The translations under genes and the position numbers were made by a program. The notes beneath the pieces were generated by a model. It saw nothing but the letters and a program-made list of their open reading frames with translations. It searched no databases and was not told the origin of the DNA. A stretch of 64,000 bases of DNA from Meiothermus sp. (lineage in GTDB: Bacteria; Deinococcota; Deinococci; Deinococcales; Thermaceae), in the NCBI GenBank assembly GCA_033762915.1, contig JANRLD010000007.1, forward strand, positions 58,822 to 122,821. The letters are read 5' to 3'. Shown here piece by piece: positions 8,928-19,199 of this stretch. Numbering within the stretch: the first letter of the stretch is position 1; each line of letters opens with the position of its first letter.

Positions 8928-11324
8928 TCAGCCCAGCTTCCCCTCGCGGCACGCGTCGCGCACCCGGCACTCCCGGCAGCGAAACCCCGGACGGGGCTCG
9001 ACCAGTCCAGCACCGAACCTCGAGCCAGCCTCCCGCACGTTCGAGGTCAGGCGTTCGAGCACGCTCCATACCTTTTCAATCGGCCGGTCGTAGACCAGCA
9101 CCGGCTCGCCCAGCACTGGCCAGGCCCACAGGCTGACTTGGGTGATGCGGCCCTTAAAGGCTTGCAGCAGATAGGCCGCCGCCCAGCGCTCGGCCCAGCG
9201 GCTGCGGACGATGGCCTCGGCGTCTTCGGGGTGCAGGTTCGGCTCGACGAAGCGGTAGATGTGGGTCTCGCTGCCTTTGCGCAGCACGCCGTCCAGCCGG
9301 GCCTCGACGTTCTGGCCCTCGAGCCGGAACCCCAGGCTGAGTTCGGCCAGCCTTCTCTGGTGGTGCCGCAGCCAGCCCTCGGCCTCGGGGAACTGCCGGG
9401 CCAGCCCCTCGAGCCGCGCTGGAACCAGCTTGTCGGCCTTGCGCAGCTCGCGCACCAGTTGCCGCCACCACAGCTTCTCCTGAAGCGGTTCGGCGAACTG
9501 CTCGGCCCAGTACTGCAAGCCGCACTCGCTGTAGCGTTTTAGGGCCTCGACGCTGGGCTTGCCCAGGCTCACCAGCCCCAGCGGGGCGGTGTAGCGCCGG
9601 GACAGGGCCAGCTCGAGCACGCTGGCGGGCGGCATCGGGGGGATGGGGGGAAGCACCCCCCCGGCGTGAGCGGGGAGAAGTCCGGGCTCGGGCTCCAGTG
9701 GCCCCTCCTGGCTGGCCTCGGGGTAGGTGATGACCACCTCCTTGGCGCGGGTCTGGAGCTCGGCCAGCAGCAGGCGGTCGCGGCCCTGGAAGCGTTTTGG
9801 CAAGAGCGAGGAGGGGGGCGGGGGGAGGGCAGAATGGGCAGTTGAGGTCGAGGCTGCGACCGGTTCGTGGCGCGTGCGCAGGCCTTGCAGGATTTCCTCG
9901 AGGCTCTGCCGCAACTCCTCGGGGACGAAGTAGTCCTCGCGTTCACCGCTGCCGTAGGCCCCCTCGACGGCGTAGCAGAGGTAGAGCTTTTTCCAGCGCC
10001 GGCCCGAGGCCAGGGTGGGGGTAAGCAGGGCCACGCCGCCCGCAGGCCGGTGGAAGTCCTGGGTCTCGGAGAGCAGGGCACTCCACCAGCTTCGGAAGCC
10101 GGGGCCGCTGGCGATGCGCTCGGCCTCCTTGGCCCGCTCCAGCAGCACCATCCGGCGTGGGCTGTGGCGCACCTCGGGCAGCGCGTCCATCAGTTCGGCG
10201 GCCCAGTCCATCATCCGGCCCTTGGGCTCGAGGCGCTCCAACCAGGCCGTCCAGACCCCGCTCATGCCCACCTCTGCCGCCAGACGGTGGATGGCCTCGC
10301 GCCCCACCAGCCCTCGCTCGAGCGCCGCCTTGCCCAGTGGGGCCAGGTCGGGGATGGCCAGCAGGCGGGTCGGGGTGGGATAGTCGGGCAGCTCCAGCAA
10401 CTCCAGCAGCAGCCGCCCCTCGGGGGTTTCGGCCGCTGTGGTCGCACTCTGATCCACCAGCGGCACGCCGTACTCGTCGGCCAGAGTCAGCAACGCCGGA
10501 ATCCGGGAGGTCGGGGCCAGCACCGCTACCTCGAGCACCCCCATCCCCAGGGCCAGGTCCCGCTTGAGCGAGCGCATGATCCACCGCGCCTCGCTGACCG
10601 GGTTGGGAGCCTTGAAGACTTTTGGGGGCGCAGGAGAAACCCCGCTCCTCGTGCCGCCACCTTCTCCTTTGCTCTTTCCTCTACCCTCCGAACCCTCAGG
10701 CTCATCCGGTAGCGAGACCCGCACCTCGACCTGCCGGCCCAGCGCGCTGAGGAAGCGCAGCTCGAGCGGGCTCAGCTCGCGGAAGCCGTCCACGATTACC
10801 AGGTCGGCCTCGAGGGTGACGGGGCCGCGCTCGACGAGCTCAAGCGCGGCGCTGCGGAAGTCGTCATAGTCCCAGCGGCCCCAGGCGGCTTTGAGTTCTT
10901 CGTAGCGGGCGAAGATGCGTTGCAGGCGGCGGGACTCGGGGCTTGCGGCGGGGATTTCGGCGGGCCTCAGGCCGTAGCGCTTGGCCTCGGCGATGGCGCG
11001 GGCGAAGAGGCGGGCCTCGCCGGGGCTGGGTAGGTCGCCGCCGGGGGAGATCAGGGCCTCGCCGGTCAGGGCGATGCGGCCCGGCCCGGTCAGGATCGGC
11101 TGAAGGCGGAAATTGGCGGCCAGAATGCGGTAGTACACCTGCTGGCTGGTCAGCACCTCGAGGCCCAGCACCGCCCCGGTCTCGGTGGCCCGCCGATACA
11201 CAAAGGCCTTCTGTGCGGGCAGGCAGACCCACCACACCCGCTTGCGTACAGCCAAAAAGCGCCGCGCTACCTCGAGCAGCCGCGTGGTCTTGCCCGAGGC
11301 CAGCGGCCCGGTCAGCAGGTTCAC
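8928..11324 (-). CDS. AddB-like helicase/nuclease subunit (PD-(D/E)XK-like fold with Fe-S cysteines)
   Basis: N-terminal TGPLASGKT, LVIVDGF, C-terminal YSEC...CRECRVRDAC four-Cys staple; GTG start 6 nt after TAGAAT. Confidence 0.7.
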   Translation of the reverse strand: MNLLTGPLASGKTTRLLEVARRFLAVRKRVWWVCLPAQKAFVYRRATETGAVLGLEVLTSQQVYYRILAANFRLQPILTGPGRIALTGEALISPGGDLPSPGEARLFARAIAEAKRYGLRPAEIPAASPESRRLQRIFARYEELKAAWGRWDYDDFRSAALELVERGPVTLEADLVIVDGFRELSPLELRFLSALGRQVEVRVSLPDEPEGSEGRGKSKGEGGGTRSGVSPAPPKVFKAPNPVSEARWIMRSLKRDLALGMGVLEVAVLAPTSRIPALLTLADEYGVPLVDQSATTAAETPEGRLLLELLELPDYPTPTRLLAIPDLAPLGKAALERGLVGREAIHRLAAEVGMSGVWTAWLERLEPKGRMMDWAAELMDALPEVRHSPRRMVLLERAKEAERIASGPGFRSWWSALLSETQDFHRPAGGVALLTPTLASGRRWKKLYLCYAVEGAYGSGEREDYFVPEELRQSLEEILQGLRTRHEPVAASTSTAHSALPPPPSSLLPKRFQGRDRLLLAELQTRAKEVVITYPEASQEGPLEPEPGLLPAHAGGVLPPIPPMPPASVLELALSRRYTAPLGLVSLGKPSVEALKRYSECGLQYWAEQFAEPLQEKLWWRQLVRELRKADKLVPARLEGLARQFPEAEGWLRHHQRRLAELSLGFRLEGQNVEARLDGVLRKGSETHIYRFVEPNLHPEDAEAIVRSRWAERWAAAYLLQAFKGRITQVSLWAWPVLGEPVLVYDRPIEKVWSVLERLTSNVREAGSRFGAGLVEPRPGFRCRECRVRDACREGKLG

Positions 11325-11426
11325 GGGCTGATTCTACCGTTGCGCGTGGGAGGCGATGAACCAGAGGGGAGGAGGCCAGGGGCAGGAGGGACACCAACCC
11401 GCACATCCCGTAGTGCCCCCTCCTTC

Positions 11427-11993
11427 CTACGGTCGTGTCTGTATCGCGGGCACCTCGAGGGGATAGCGCAACGCCGAGCGGGAGTAGACCAGAAACCACC
11501 TTGGGTCGCCGAGGGGCTCGAAGCGAAGGTTGAGGCGGAACACGCCGACCACCCGGCCCTGGTGGGTGATGAAGCAGCGGTAGCCCCGAGGCTCGCCGAC
11601 AAACCAGTTGCCCAGGTTAAGGTTCTGACCCAGGTTGTCGAAGCGGCGCTGCAACGCCGCCAGGATGCGGTTGCGGTCGGCGACCGGGCGTAGGGGCTGG
11701 AGGGCGGAGTCCTCGAGGCCCAGTTGCACGGGCTGAAGGTCCGCGTCGAGGGTCAGGCGAACCACCAGGGTCCCGCTCGTCCCCAGCACCAGCCGAACCG
11801 CGAAGCCGCCCTGCCCCACCCGCTCGGCGTACATGAACTGCGGGCGCAGGCTCGAGAAGACGGCCTGGCAGCGATCCAAAACCTGCTGGTTGTCGGGCGG
11901 CGGGCTCGAGTTGACCTGCGCCAGCGCACCGCCCAGCCCCATCAGCGCGATGAGGGCGAGGTGGGCGTAGCTTTTGGCGAGGGGCGTTTGCAC
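11427..11993 (-). CDS. Secreted hypothetical protein
   Basis: Signal-like LALIALMGLGGALAQ; GAGG RBS before GTG 11993. Confidence 0.6.
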   Translation of the reverse strand: MQTPLAKSYAHLALIALMGLGGALAQVNSSPPPDNQQVLDRCQAVFSSLRPQFMYAERVGQGGFAVRLVLGTSGTLVVRLTLDADLQPVQLGLEDSALQPLRPVADRNRILAALQRRFDNLGQNLNLGNWFVGEPRGYRCFITHQGRVVGVFRLNLRFEPLGDPRWFLVYSRSALRYPLEVPAIQTRP

Positions 11994-12287
11994 GGTTTTC
12001 CTCGGGCCAACAGGGGGCACCGGTGGCGGTGGGGGCAGGGGCTCTGGGGGGGCTGGGGCTGGTCTTTCATGGCCTTACTGTGCGGCCTGTACCTTAAGTA
12101 ACTTACCCGCGGAGGCTGAAGCAAAGCTTAAAGCCCAGGTCGTGCGTCGCGGGAAAAACAGCACCCTAGGGCCTGAGCGGGGAGTGCGACCTTGAGGCGG
12201 TTGACCCGTTCAGGGGGTGGGTCCGCTCGAGGCGCGGTCAGCCGGTCTTTGGGCCAGACTCAGCTTCGGCGATTACAAGATGGGCGC

Positions 12288-12605
12288 ATGGAAAGAGTCG
12301 AGATACCCAGGGCCGTGCGGGAGGCGGCGCGGCGGGGCCTCGAGCTGCGCCAACAGTTCGGGCGCGGCGGCAGCGCGGCGGGCGAGCAGACCGCCCGCAA
12401 GCTCTGCGAGGGCCATGCGCTGCCGCTCGAGGAGGTGCGCCGCATCGCCCAGAACTTCTCCCGCCACACCGGCGACCTGGATCGGGACGGCTCCGACGGT
12501 GGCCCGCCCTCCAGCGGTTACATCGACTGGATGCTGTGGGGCGGCGATGTGGGCCGCGAGTGGAGCCTGGGCGCTTTGGAGCGCCGGGAAGGGGATGAGC
12601 GATGA
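12288..12605 (+). CDS. Hypothetical protein (ARRGLELR...FSRH...WMLWGGD family)
   Basis: Well-formed ORF with conserved-looking motifs; ATGA overlap with the next gene. Confidence 0.7.
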   Translation: MERVEIPRAVREAARRGLELRQQFGRGGSAAGEQTARKLCEGHALPLEEVRRIAQNFSRHTGDLDRDGSDGGPPSSGYIDWMLWGGDVGREWSLGALERREGDER

Positions 12606-12820
12606 CCGAGCTGCACAAAGGCGCGACCGTGACCTGGCCGTGGGGCCTGGGCTTTGCCAAGGGCAAGGTGCGTGAGATTCACCCCGGCGTGGTGCGCCAG
12701 TCGGTGCGGGGCGAGACGGTGATCTGCGAAGGTACGCCTGAGGATCCGGCGGTGGTGGTGGAGCAGGCCGACGGGAGTGAGGTGGTGAAGCTGGCCAGCG
12801 AGTTGAACGTGACGGGGTAA
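12602..12820 (+). CDS. DUF2945 / HVA1 Tudor-like small protein
   Basis: VTWPWG..AKGKV...GTPEDPAVVVEQADG..VVK..SEL pattern. Confidence 0.7.
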   Translation: MTELHKGATVTWPWGLGFAKGKVREIHPGVVRQSVRGETVICEGTPEDPAVVVEQADGSEVVKLASELNVTG

Positions 12821-12934
12821 AGGACCTTTGGCGGGGCGCTTGCTCTGCGCCCTTGAGTCGCGATAATTGGGCTTCGCTTAATCTGGGGTCGGCCCTTTTG
12901 CGAATTCGTGGCCGATGCGGCAGAATAGGGGTCT

Positions 12935-13426
12935 ATGGATCCTTACCGCGAATATCAGGACTACGTGATGGCCTTCCGGCTGCGCGAAGCCCTGGGTTAT
13001 CCGCCCGGTAAGTGCTATCCGCTGAACGAGTACGCCACCCTTCGCCTGCGCCGCAGCGAGCTGGTGCGCAAGCTGGTAGCGGTTCAGGGCGACCCCGCCC
13101 TGCTCTCGCGCATCGAGCAGATCACCGAGGACCTCAACTACGGCTTCTGGTCGAACCCCGGCGTGCTCAAGGGCTTCCTGCGCCGCCTCGCACCGGTACA
13201 CTACCCCGTCCTCGAGTCCCCCCAGACCTTCGAGGCCCTGCTCACCGCCGGCGAGCGCGGAAGGCTGTCCCAGCCGGGTGCAGCCGGCGCCTACTACCTG
13301 GGCTGGCTCGAGCTGCCCGGCCTGGTTCACGACCCTGTGGCCTTCGAGGAGGCCCTGCACCGCCAGAAGACCAAGGGCGAGGCGCTGGGGCTGTTCATAG
13401 ACGAGTTCAACAAAGTTGCAGGCTAG
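12935..13426 (+). CDS. Conserved hypothetical protein
   Basis: Host-like codon usage; 163 aa; no recognised motif. Confidence 0.7.
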   Translation: MDPYREYQDYVMAFRLREALGYPPGKCYPLNEYATLRLRRSELVRKLVAVQGDPALLSRIEQITEDLNYGFWSNPGVLKGFLRRLAPVHYPVLESPQTFEALLTAGERGRLSQPGAAGAYYLGWLELPGLVHDPVAFEEALHRQKTKGEALGLFIDEFNKVAG

Positions 13427-13458
13427 GCTCAGGGCTGCCTGGACGGGTTGTGCGCACC

Positions 13459-13839
13459 TCAGTGCAGCGGCGCGAACAGGTCTACGGTGTGGCCGTCGGG
13501 GTCGCGAACCTGGGCGTAGCGCTGGCCCCAGAAAGCGTCCCAGGGGGCCTTGTGGCCCCGGTAGCCCACGCCGACCAGCTCGGCGTATTTGGCGTCCACA
13601 GCGGCGGGGCTGTCGCACAGGTAGGCTCCCGCGTGGCCGGGGTGAGGCTGGTAGTCGGGGTCAAAGCTGCGGATCACATCGAGGCTGTCCCAGGCGAACC
13701 GTAAGCCTCCTGGCAGCGTCACCTCGACGTGGCCCTCGAGGTCGGCTTCCGGCGGCAGCTCGAACCCTAGCCGCCGATAGAAAGCCAGAGAGGCCGCCAT
13801 ATCGCTGACCACAATGCCCACCATATCGAGCCTTATCAC
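13459..13839 (-). CDS. VOC/glyoxalase family protein
   Basis: GIVVSDMAASLAFYRRLG and PWDAFWGQRYAQVRDPDG motifs; GGAGG RBS. Confidence 0.9.
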   Translation of the reverse strand: MIRLDMVGIVVSDMAASLAFYRRLGFELPPEADLEGHVEVTLPGGLRFAWDSLDVIRSFDPDYQPHPGHAGAYLCDSPAAVDAKYAELVGVGYRGHKAPWDAFWGQRYAQVRDPDGHTVDLFAPLH

Positions 13840-13922
13840 GCCCACCTCCGTTATGGTAATAGCATAACACGAAGGGCCGACCCCCTCAGCTCCCTAGAGG
13901 CTGTAAGCCGCGCCTGAAACCC

Positions 13923-15077
13923 TTAGCGCTCGAGCCTCGAGTCTGGACGAACCCGCTCCGGCACGAAGAAGGTCATCACCACGGTTGCGGCGGGCAGCAG
14001 GGTGATGAGGGTCATGGCTGCGGCCAGCCCCTGGGCGTCGGCGAAGCCGCCCAGCGCCGCCACGCCCAGCCCGGTGGCCCCGTAAGAGGTGCCCAGCGAG
14101 AGTCCTGAGGCCAGCCCCACATTGTTGGGCATGGCTTCCTGGATCATCACCACGATGATCGGCCAGGCCATGCTGGTGAAGATCCCGGCAGCGGCGATGA
14201 AGACCATCTGGAGCACACCGCTGCTGTGCAAAAAGCCGTAGAGCAGGCCCAGCGCCACCAGCGCCGAGAGCCCCATGGTGACCTTCCGCCCGTAGCGGTC
14301 GGCCAGCACCCCGCCGGTGAGCGTGCCCACTGCCCCCGAGATTGCTGCCAGGGTGACCAGGAAGGCGGCGGCCTCCTTGGAGTAGTTCAGCTCGTGGAAG
14401 TACAGCGGGATGAAGGTCTGAAGACCGCCCATCACCGTGGCGCGGATGGTGATGAGCAGGATCAGGAAGGCCACCAGCCCGTAGGCGACCTGGGCGGCCT
14501 TGCCGGTGGCCCTGGCCTTCTTCACCCCGTCCTGGGCTATGGCCTTCCACTGGCTCCATAGCAAGAACAGCCCGATGGCGGTGGGGATCAGCATCAGCAG
14601 GCCGCCCGCCCGGCCCAGCCGCTCGATCAGCAGCGTGGCCGCGATCGGCCCCAGCGCGAAGCCGATGTTGCCGCCGGAGAAGAAGAGCGAGGTGGCGCTG
14701 GCGGCCCGCGCCCCGCTTACCGCCCTTACGCGGGCCAGCGCCTCCGGGTGGAACATCGCCGACCCCAGGCCCGACAGCAGCACCGCCCCCACCACCATCC
14801 AGTAGCTCGGCAGCCACAGCACCGTCACCATCATCAGTCCGGTCAGCAGGCAGCCCACCCAGACCATCCACTTGAAGCTCCTGCGGTCGCCCAGAATCCC
14901 GAACAGCGGCTGCGTGATGGCGATGATGACGTTGTTGGCGGTGATGATGGCCGCCGCCGCCGCGTAGTTGAGGTCGAACGAGGCCAGCAGAAAAGGCAGC
15001 AGAATGGCCAGTGAGCCGGTCTGCATGTCCACCGATATGTGCGCGGCGGTGATCGCGCTGAGCGGTTTACGCTGCAT
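13923..15077 (-). CDS. MFS transporter (Fsr/fosmidomycin-resistance-like)
   Basis: About 12 TM segments; QPLFGILGDRR, GSAMFHPE and GGNIGFALGP motifs. Confidence 0.85.
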   Translation of the reverse strand: MQRKPLSAITAAHISVDMQTGSLAILLPFLLASFDLNYAAAAAIITANNVIIAITQPLFGILGDRRSFKWMVWVGCLLTGLMMVTVLWLPSYWMVVGAVLLSGLGSAMFHPEALARVRAVSGARAASATSLFFSGGNIGFALGPIAATLLIERLGRAGGLLMLIPTAIGLFLLWSQWKAIAQDGVKKARATGKAAQVAYGLVAFLILLITIRATVMGGLQTFIPLYFHELNYSKEAAAFLVTLAAISGAVGTLTGGVLADRYGRKVTMGLSALVALGLLYGFLHSSGVLQMVFIAAAGIFTSMAWPIIVVMIQEAMPNNVGLASGLSLGTSYGATGLGVAALGGFADAQGLAAAMTLITLLPAATVVMTFFVPERVRPDSRLER

Positions 15078-15292
15078 GAAGGTACTCTAAACCCCAAGAA
15101 TGATCGGGCCAAACTCGAGCCGCCCGTGCCGAAGAATCTTTAGCTGAGGCTGGCGGCGAGGCCCGGGCCTGCCCTGATCTGCCACGCGATGCTCGAGCGG
15201 GCCTAAACTCCGGTGCTGGCAGGCGTAGATGTGCAGCCACCTCATCCCTTGCGGGCTGAATGCCCCGGCCGGAATCATTACAATGAACCACC

Positions 15293-18040
15293 ATGCTACC
15301 TGCCAACTTTCCCACCGTGGACGCCAGAGAACTCGAGCGCGACCTCGAATTGCTGACGGGCTGCCTGCGGGAGGTGCTGCGCGAGGCGGGCGAGGCCGAG
15401 GCCGCCCAGAGCCTGGACCCGGTCGCCCCCTGGGAAGCCGGGCAGCTGGTTCCCGAGACCCACGTCCGCGCGGCCTCGATAGCGTTCCAGCTGCTGGGCG
15501 TGGCCGAGCGACGTGCGGCGGCCCGTCAGCGTCTGCGGGTCGAACGGGAACGGGTTTTGGCAGGGCCGCCCGCGCTGTGGGGCGACGCGCTGCGCGAGCT
15601 GAAGTCGGCAGGGCTGGACGACTCGAAAATCGCTGCGCAGCTGGGAGGCGTGCAGGTGGAGGTGGTGCTGACCGCTCACCCCACCGAGGCCCGGCGGGCC
15701 ACTGTCCTCGAGCATCACCGGCGGCTCGAGTGGCTGCTGGAAGACCTCGACGATCCCCGCCGCTCGCCGTCTGAAGTCGCCGAGGCCCGCGAGGCCCTCA
15801 AGCTGGTGCTGGCGCTGCTGTGGCGCACCGGCGACGTGCATTTCGAGCGGCCCCAGGTAGCGGCAGAGCGGCGCTCGACGCTTTACTACCTGCGGCGGGT
15901 CTTTCCCCCCGCCGTGGGTCGGGTCGATGCGCGTCTGCGGCGGGCCTGGGCCGAGGCTGGATTGTCCGGGCACCTCGAGGCGCTGCCGGTGGTGCGCTTC
16001 GGGACGTGGGTAGGCGGCGACCGCGACGGCCACCCCTTCGTGACCCCGGAGGTGACCCAGGAGAGCCTGCTCGAGCTGCGGGTGCAGGCCCTCGAGCGGG
16101 TCCAAGAAGACCTGGCGGGCCTGGCGGCTCAGCTAAGCCTGTCGGAGTACCTGCAGCCCGCCCCGCAGGAGCTGAAGGACTTTCTGGCGGGGGCTGCGAG
16201 CCGGCTGGGCGGACGCGGCCGGGCGGCCCTCGAGCGCAACCCCGCCGAGCCTTGGCGGCAGGCTGTGGGCCTGATGCTGGCCCGCCTGCCGCTGGAAGGC
16301 GGACGGCTCACGGACAGCCCCGAGCGCTACCGCGAGGCCGGAGAACTGGAGGCCGACCTCCGGGCGCTCCAGGGCTGGTTGGTCCAGGCTGGGGCCGGAC
16401 GTGTGGCTGCCCAGGCTGTCGGCCCGGTGCTGCGGGGCCTGGAGTCCTTCGGGTTCCACCTGGCCGCGCTGGACCTTCGGCAGAACAGCCGCACCCACGA
16501 GTTGGCGGCGGGCCAGATGCTGCGGGCGGCCGGCCTTTCGGAGGCCGACTACGAAAACTGGAGTGAGGCGCGTCGGCTCGAGCTGCTCGAGCGTGAGCTG
16601 GCCTCGCCCCGGCCCCTGGTGCGCCTTGGGGGCAGCGTCGGGCCAGAAGCCGACGTGGTGCTGGGCAGCTACCAGACCCTGGCCCGTCACCGCGAGCGGT
16701 ACGGGCTGGCTGGGGTGGGGGCGACCATAGTGAGCATGACCCGCAGCCTCTCAGACTTGCTGCTGGTCTACCTGTTCGCCCGCGAAGCCGGTCTGCTCGA
16801 GGAAACCCCCCAGGGCGTGGCCTGTCCCCTGCCCGTGGTGCCGCTCTTCGAGACCATCGAAGACCTCGAGCGCAGCCCCGCCATCCTCGAGGCCTTCCTG
16901 GCCCACCCCTTAACCCGGCGCAGCCTGGCCCACCAGCAGGGTATACGGCCCCAGCCGGTGCAGCAGGTGATGGTCGGCTACAGCGACTCCAACAAGGACG
17001 GCGGCCTGGTAGCGAGCCTGTGGGGCCTTTACCGTGCCCAGCAGGCCCTCGCCGGGGTGGGCGAGGCCCAGGGGGTGCGGCTGCGCTTCTTTCATGGTCG
17101 CGGGGGCACCATCAGCCGGGGCGCCGGCCCCACCCACCGCTTCATCAAGGCCGTCCCGGCGCGGGCGCTGCGCGGCGACCTGCGCCTGACGGAGCAGGGC
17201 GAGGTGATCGGCCAGAAGTACGCCAATCCCGGTAGTGCTGCCTTCCACCTCGAGCTGCTGCTGGCCGGGACAGCCCGTACCACGCTCCTGGAGGCTGCGG
17301 GCCGGGAGAACGCCGGGCAGCCCGCAGTGCCGCAGAGGCTGCACGAGGTCATGGACTCTCTGGCCCTTTGGAGCCGCCAGCACTACAGCGCGCTGCTCGG
17401 CAGCGAGGGCTTCCTGGAATTCTTCCTGGGGGCCACCCCAATCGACGCCATCGAGGAGAACCGCATCGGCTCGCGCCCGCCGCGCCGCACGGGCCGCCGC
17501 TCCATCTCCGACCTGCGGGCCATCCCCTGGGTGTTTAGCTGGGGTCAGTCGCGGTTCTTTTTGTCGGGCTGGTACGGGGTGGGGCACGCCCTCGAGCAAC
17601 TCCGGCAGAGTTCTCCCGACCGCCTTGACGTCCTGAGGGAACACCTCTACGCCTGGGCACCGCTGCACTACGTCCTCAGCAACGCTGCCACCAGCGTGGC
17701 CCTGACTGACCCCGTGGTGATGCGTGGCTACGCCGCCCTGGTCGAGGACGCGGCCCTGCGCCAACGCTTCATGGGGCCCCTCGAGGCCGAGCTGGAGGGC
17801 ACCCGAGCCCTGCTGGAGTACCTCTACGGCGGCCCCCTCTCCGAGCGCCGCCCCAACATTCATGGCCTCGTCGAGCTGCGGCGCGAGCCCCTCCGGCGGC
17901 TGCACGCCCAACAGCTCGAGCTGCTGTCGCTCTGGCGGGCCAGCCGCCGCGATGGCGACGAGGAGGGCGCCCGGCGGCTCCTGCCGCAACTGCTCCTGAC
18001 CGTCAACGCCATCGCCAACGGCCTGGGGGCCACCGGCTGA
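15293..18040 (+). CDS. ppc: Phosphoenolpyruvate carboxylase
   Basis: VLTAHPTE, WVGGDRDGHP, QVMVGYSDSNKDGG, FHGRGGTISRG and LRAIPWVF motifs. Confidence 0.95.
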   Translation: MLPANFPTVDARELERDLELLTGCLREVLREAGEAEAAQSLDPVAPWEAGQLVPETHVRAASIAFQLLGVAERRAAARQRLRVERERVLAGPPALWGDALRELKSAGLDDSKIAAQLGGVQVEVVLTAHPTEARRATVLEHHRRLEWLLEDLDDPRRSPSEVAEAREALKLVLALLWRTGDVHFERPQVAAERRSTLYYLRRVFPPAVGRVDARLRRAWAEAGLSGHLEALPVVRFGTWVGGDRDGHPFVTPEVTQESLLELRVQALERVQEDLAGLAAQLSLSEYLQPAPQELKDFLAGAASRLGGRGRAALERNPAEPWRQAVGLMLARLPLEGGRLTDSPERYREAGELEADLRALQGWLVQAGAGRVAAQAVGPVLRGLESFGFHLAALDLRQNSRTHELAAGQMLRAAGLSEADYENWSEARRLELLERELASPRPLVRLGGSVGPEADVVLGSYQTLARHRERYGLAGVGATIVSMTRSLSDLLLVYLFAREAGLLEETPQGVACPLPVVPLFETIEDLERSPAILEAFLAHPLTRRSLAHQQGIRPQPVQQVMVGYSDSNKDGGLVASLWGLYRAQQALAGVGEAQGVRLRFFHGRGGTISRGAGPTHRFIKAVPARALRGDLRLTEQGEVIGQKYANPGSAAFHLELLLAGTARTTLLEAAGRENAGQPAVPQRLHEVMDSLALWSRQHYSALLGSEGFLEFFLGATPIDAIEENRIGSRPPRRTGRRSISDLRAIPWVFSWGQSRFFLSGWYGVGHALEQLRQSSPDRLDVLREHLYAWAPLHYVLSNAATSVALTDPVVMRGYAALVEDAALRQRFMGPLEAELEGTRALLEYLYGGPLSERRPNIHGLVELRREPLRRLHAQQLELLSLWRASRRDGDEEGARRLLPQLLLTVNAIANGLGATG

Positions 18041-18058
18041 GCGGGGCTAGGCGGCGCG

Positions 18059-19180
18059 TCAGCCCGCGACCCGGATGTACTGGCCCAGCCGCTCCACCGC
18101 CAGCTCGATCTCCTCGGCCTTTTTGCAGAAGGCGAAGCGGAACAGCCCTTCGGGGGCGGGGCTGTCGACGTAGAAGGCGCTGCCGGGGATGATGGTCACC
18201 TTGGCCTCCCTGACCAGCACCTCGGCATCAAGGTCGGGCAGTCTAGCGGTGAGGAAGTAGGTCCCGGCGGGGTCGAAGGTTTGAACCCCCAGCGACTTCA
18301 GCCCTTGCAGCAGCAAGTCCTTGCGCCTGCCGTACTTCTCGCGTAGCTCGGCGTAGTAGCCCTGGCTGCGGGCCAGAGGCAACGCCTCAGCCACTGCGGC
18401 CTGGAGCGGCGAGGCCGAGCAGAACGAGGCCCACTGCCGCATCCCGGCGATCTGGCCGGACAGCCCCGGCGGGCAAGCGATCCAGCCGACGCGCCAGCCA
18501 GTGGCCTCGAGCCGTTTTCCTGCCGAGCCCACGGTGAAGGTGCGCTCCGGCGCGAACGCGCGGGTCTTGAGGGGTGGGTCGGCGAAGTACAGCTCGTCGT
18601 ACACCTCGTCGCTGATGATCCAGAGGTCGTGGGCTCGTGCCAGGGCGACGATGCGCTCGAGTTCAGCTTGGCTGAAGATCGAACCCGTCGGGTTGTACGG
18701 CGCGTTGATGATGATGGCCCTGGCGCGGGGGGTGATGGCAGCCTCGAGGGCGGCCAGGTCCACCTCCCACCGATCGCCCAACCTCATCGGCACCAGCACC
18801 GGCGTGGCCCCTGCCATGATGGACTGGGGGATATAGACGTCGAAGTACGGCTCGAACATCAGCACTTCGTCGCCGGGCCCGTACAGCGACTCCGCCAGCG
18901 CGTGTAGCGCCTCGGTCGCCCCCGCCGTGATCACCACATCTTCCATAGCCACGCCCAGGTCCTGGGCCACCGCCTCGCGCAGCACCGGCAGCCCGATGGG
19001 GGGGCTGTACTGATCTACCGTTCCGATGGCGCGGCGGGCGGCCTCGAGCAGGAAGGCGGGCGGCGGGTTGGAGGGGAAGCCCTGTCCCAGGTTGACCGCC
19101 CCGTGCTTCTGGGCGAGCAGGGTCATGTAGCCGAAGATGCTCGGCTTGGAGACGCTGGTTCGGCTGTGGAGCGCTGGCAT
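18059..19180 (-). CDS. PLP-dependent class I/II aminotransferase (YbdL/kynurenine aminotransferase-like)
   Basis: NLGQGFP, PYNPTG, ISDEVY and SAGKRLEATGWRVGW motifs. Confidence 0.9.
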   Translation of the reverse strand: MPALHSRTSVSKPSIFGYMTLLAQKHGAVNLGQGFPSNPPPAFLLEAARRAIGTVDQYSPPIGLPVLREAVAQDLGVAMEDVVITAGATEALHALAESLYGPGDEVLMFEPYFDVYIPQSIMAGATPVLVPMRLGDRWEVDLAALEAAITPRARAIIINAPYNPTGSIFSQAELERIVALARAHDLWIISDEVYDELYFADPPLKTRAFAPERTFTVGSAGKRLEATGWRVGWIACPPGLSGQIAGMRQWASFCSASPLQAAVAEALPLARSQGYYAELREKYGRRKDLLLQGLKSLGVQTFDPAGTYFLTARLPDLDAEVLVREAKVTIIPGSAFYVDSPAPEGLFRFAFCKKAEEIELAVERLGQYIRVAG

Positions 19181-19199
19181 GAGGCTATGAGGATACCAC

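Noticed and set aside
11942..12070. Frameshifted Pro-rich N-terminus or Cys/His-rich peptide upstream of 11427..11993
   Set aside because: The segment is a low-complexity G-rich tract, and the downstream gene has its own RBS, start and signal peptide.
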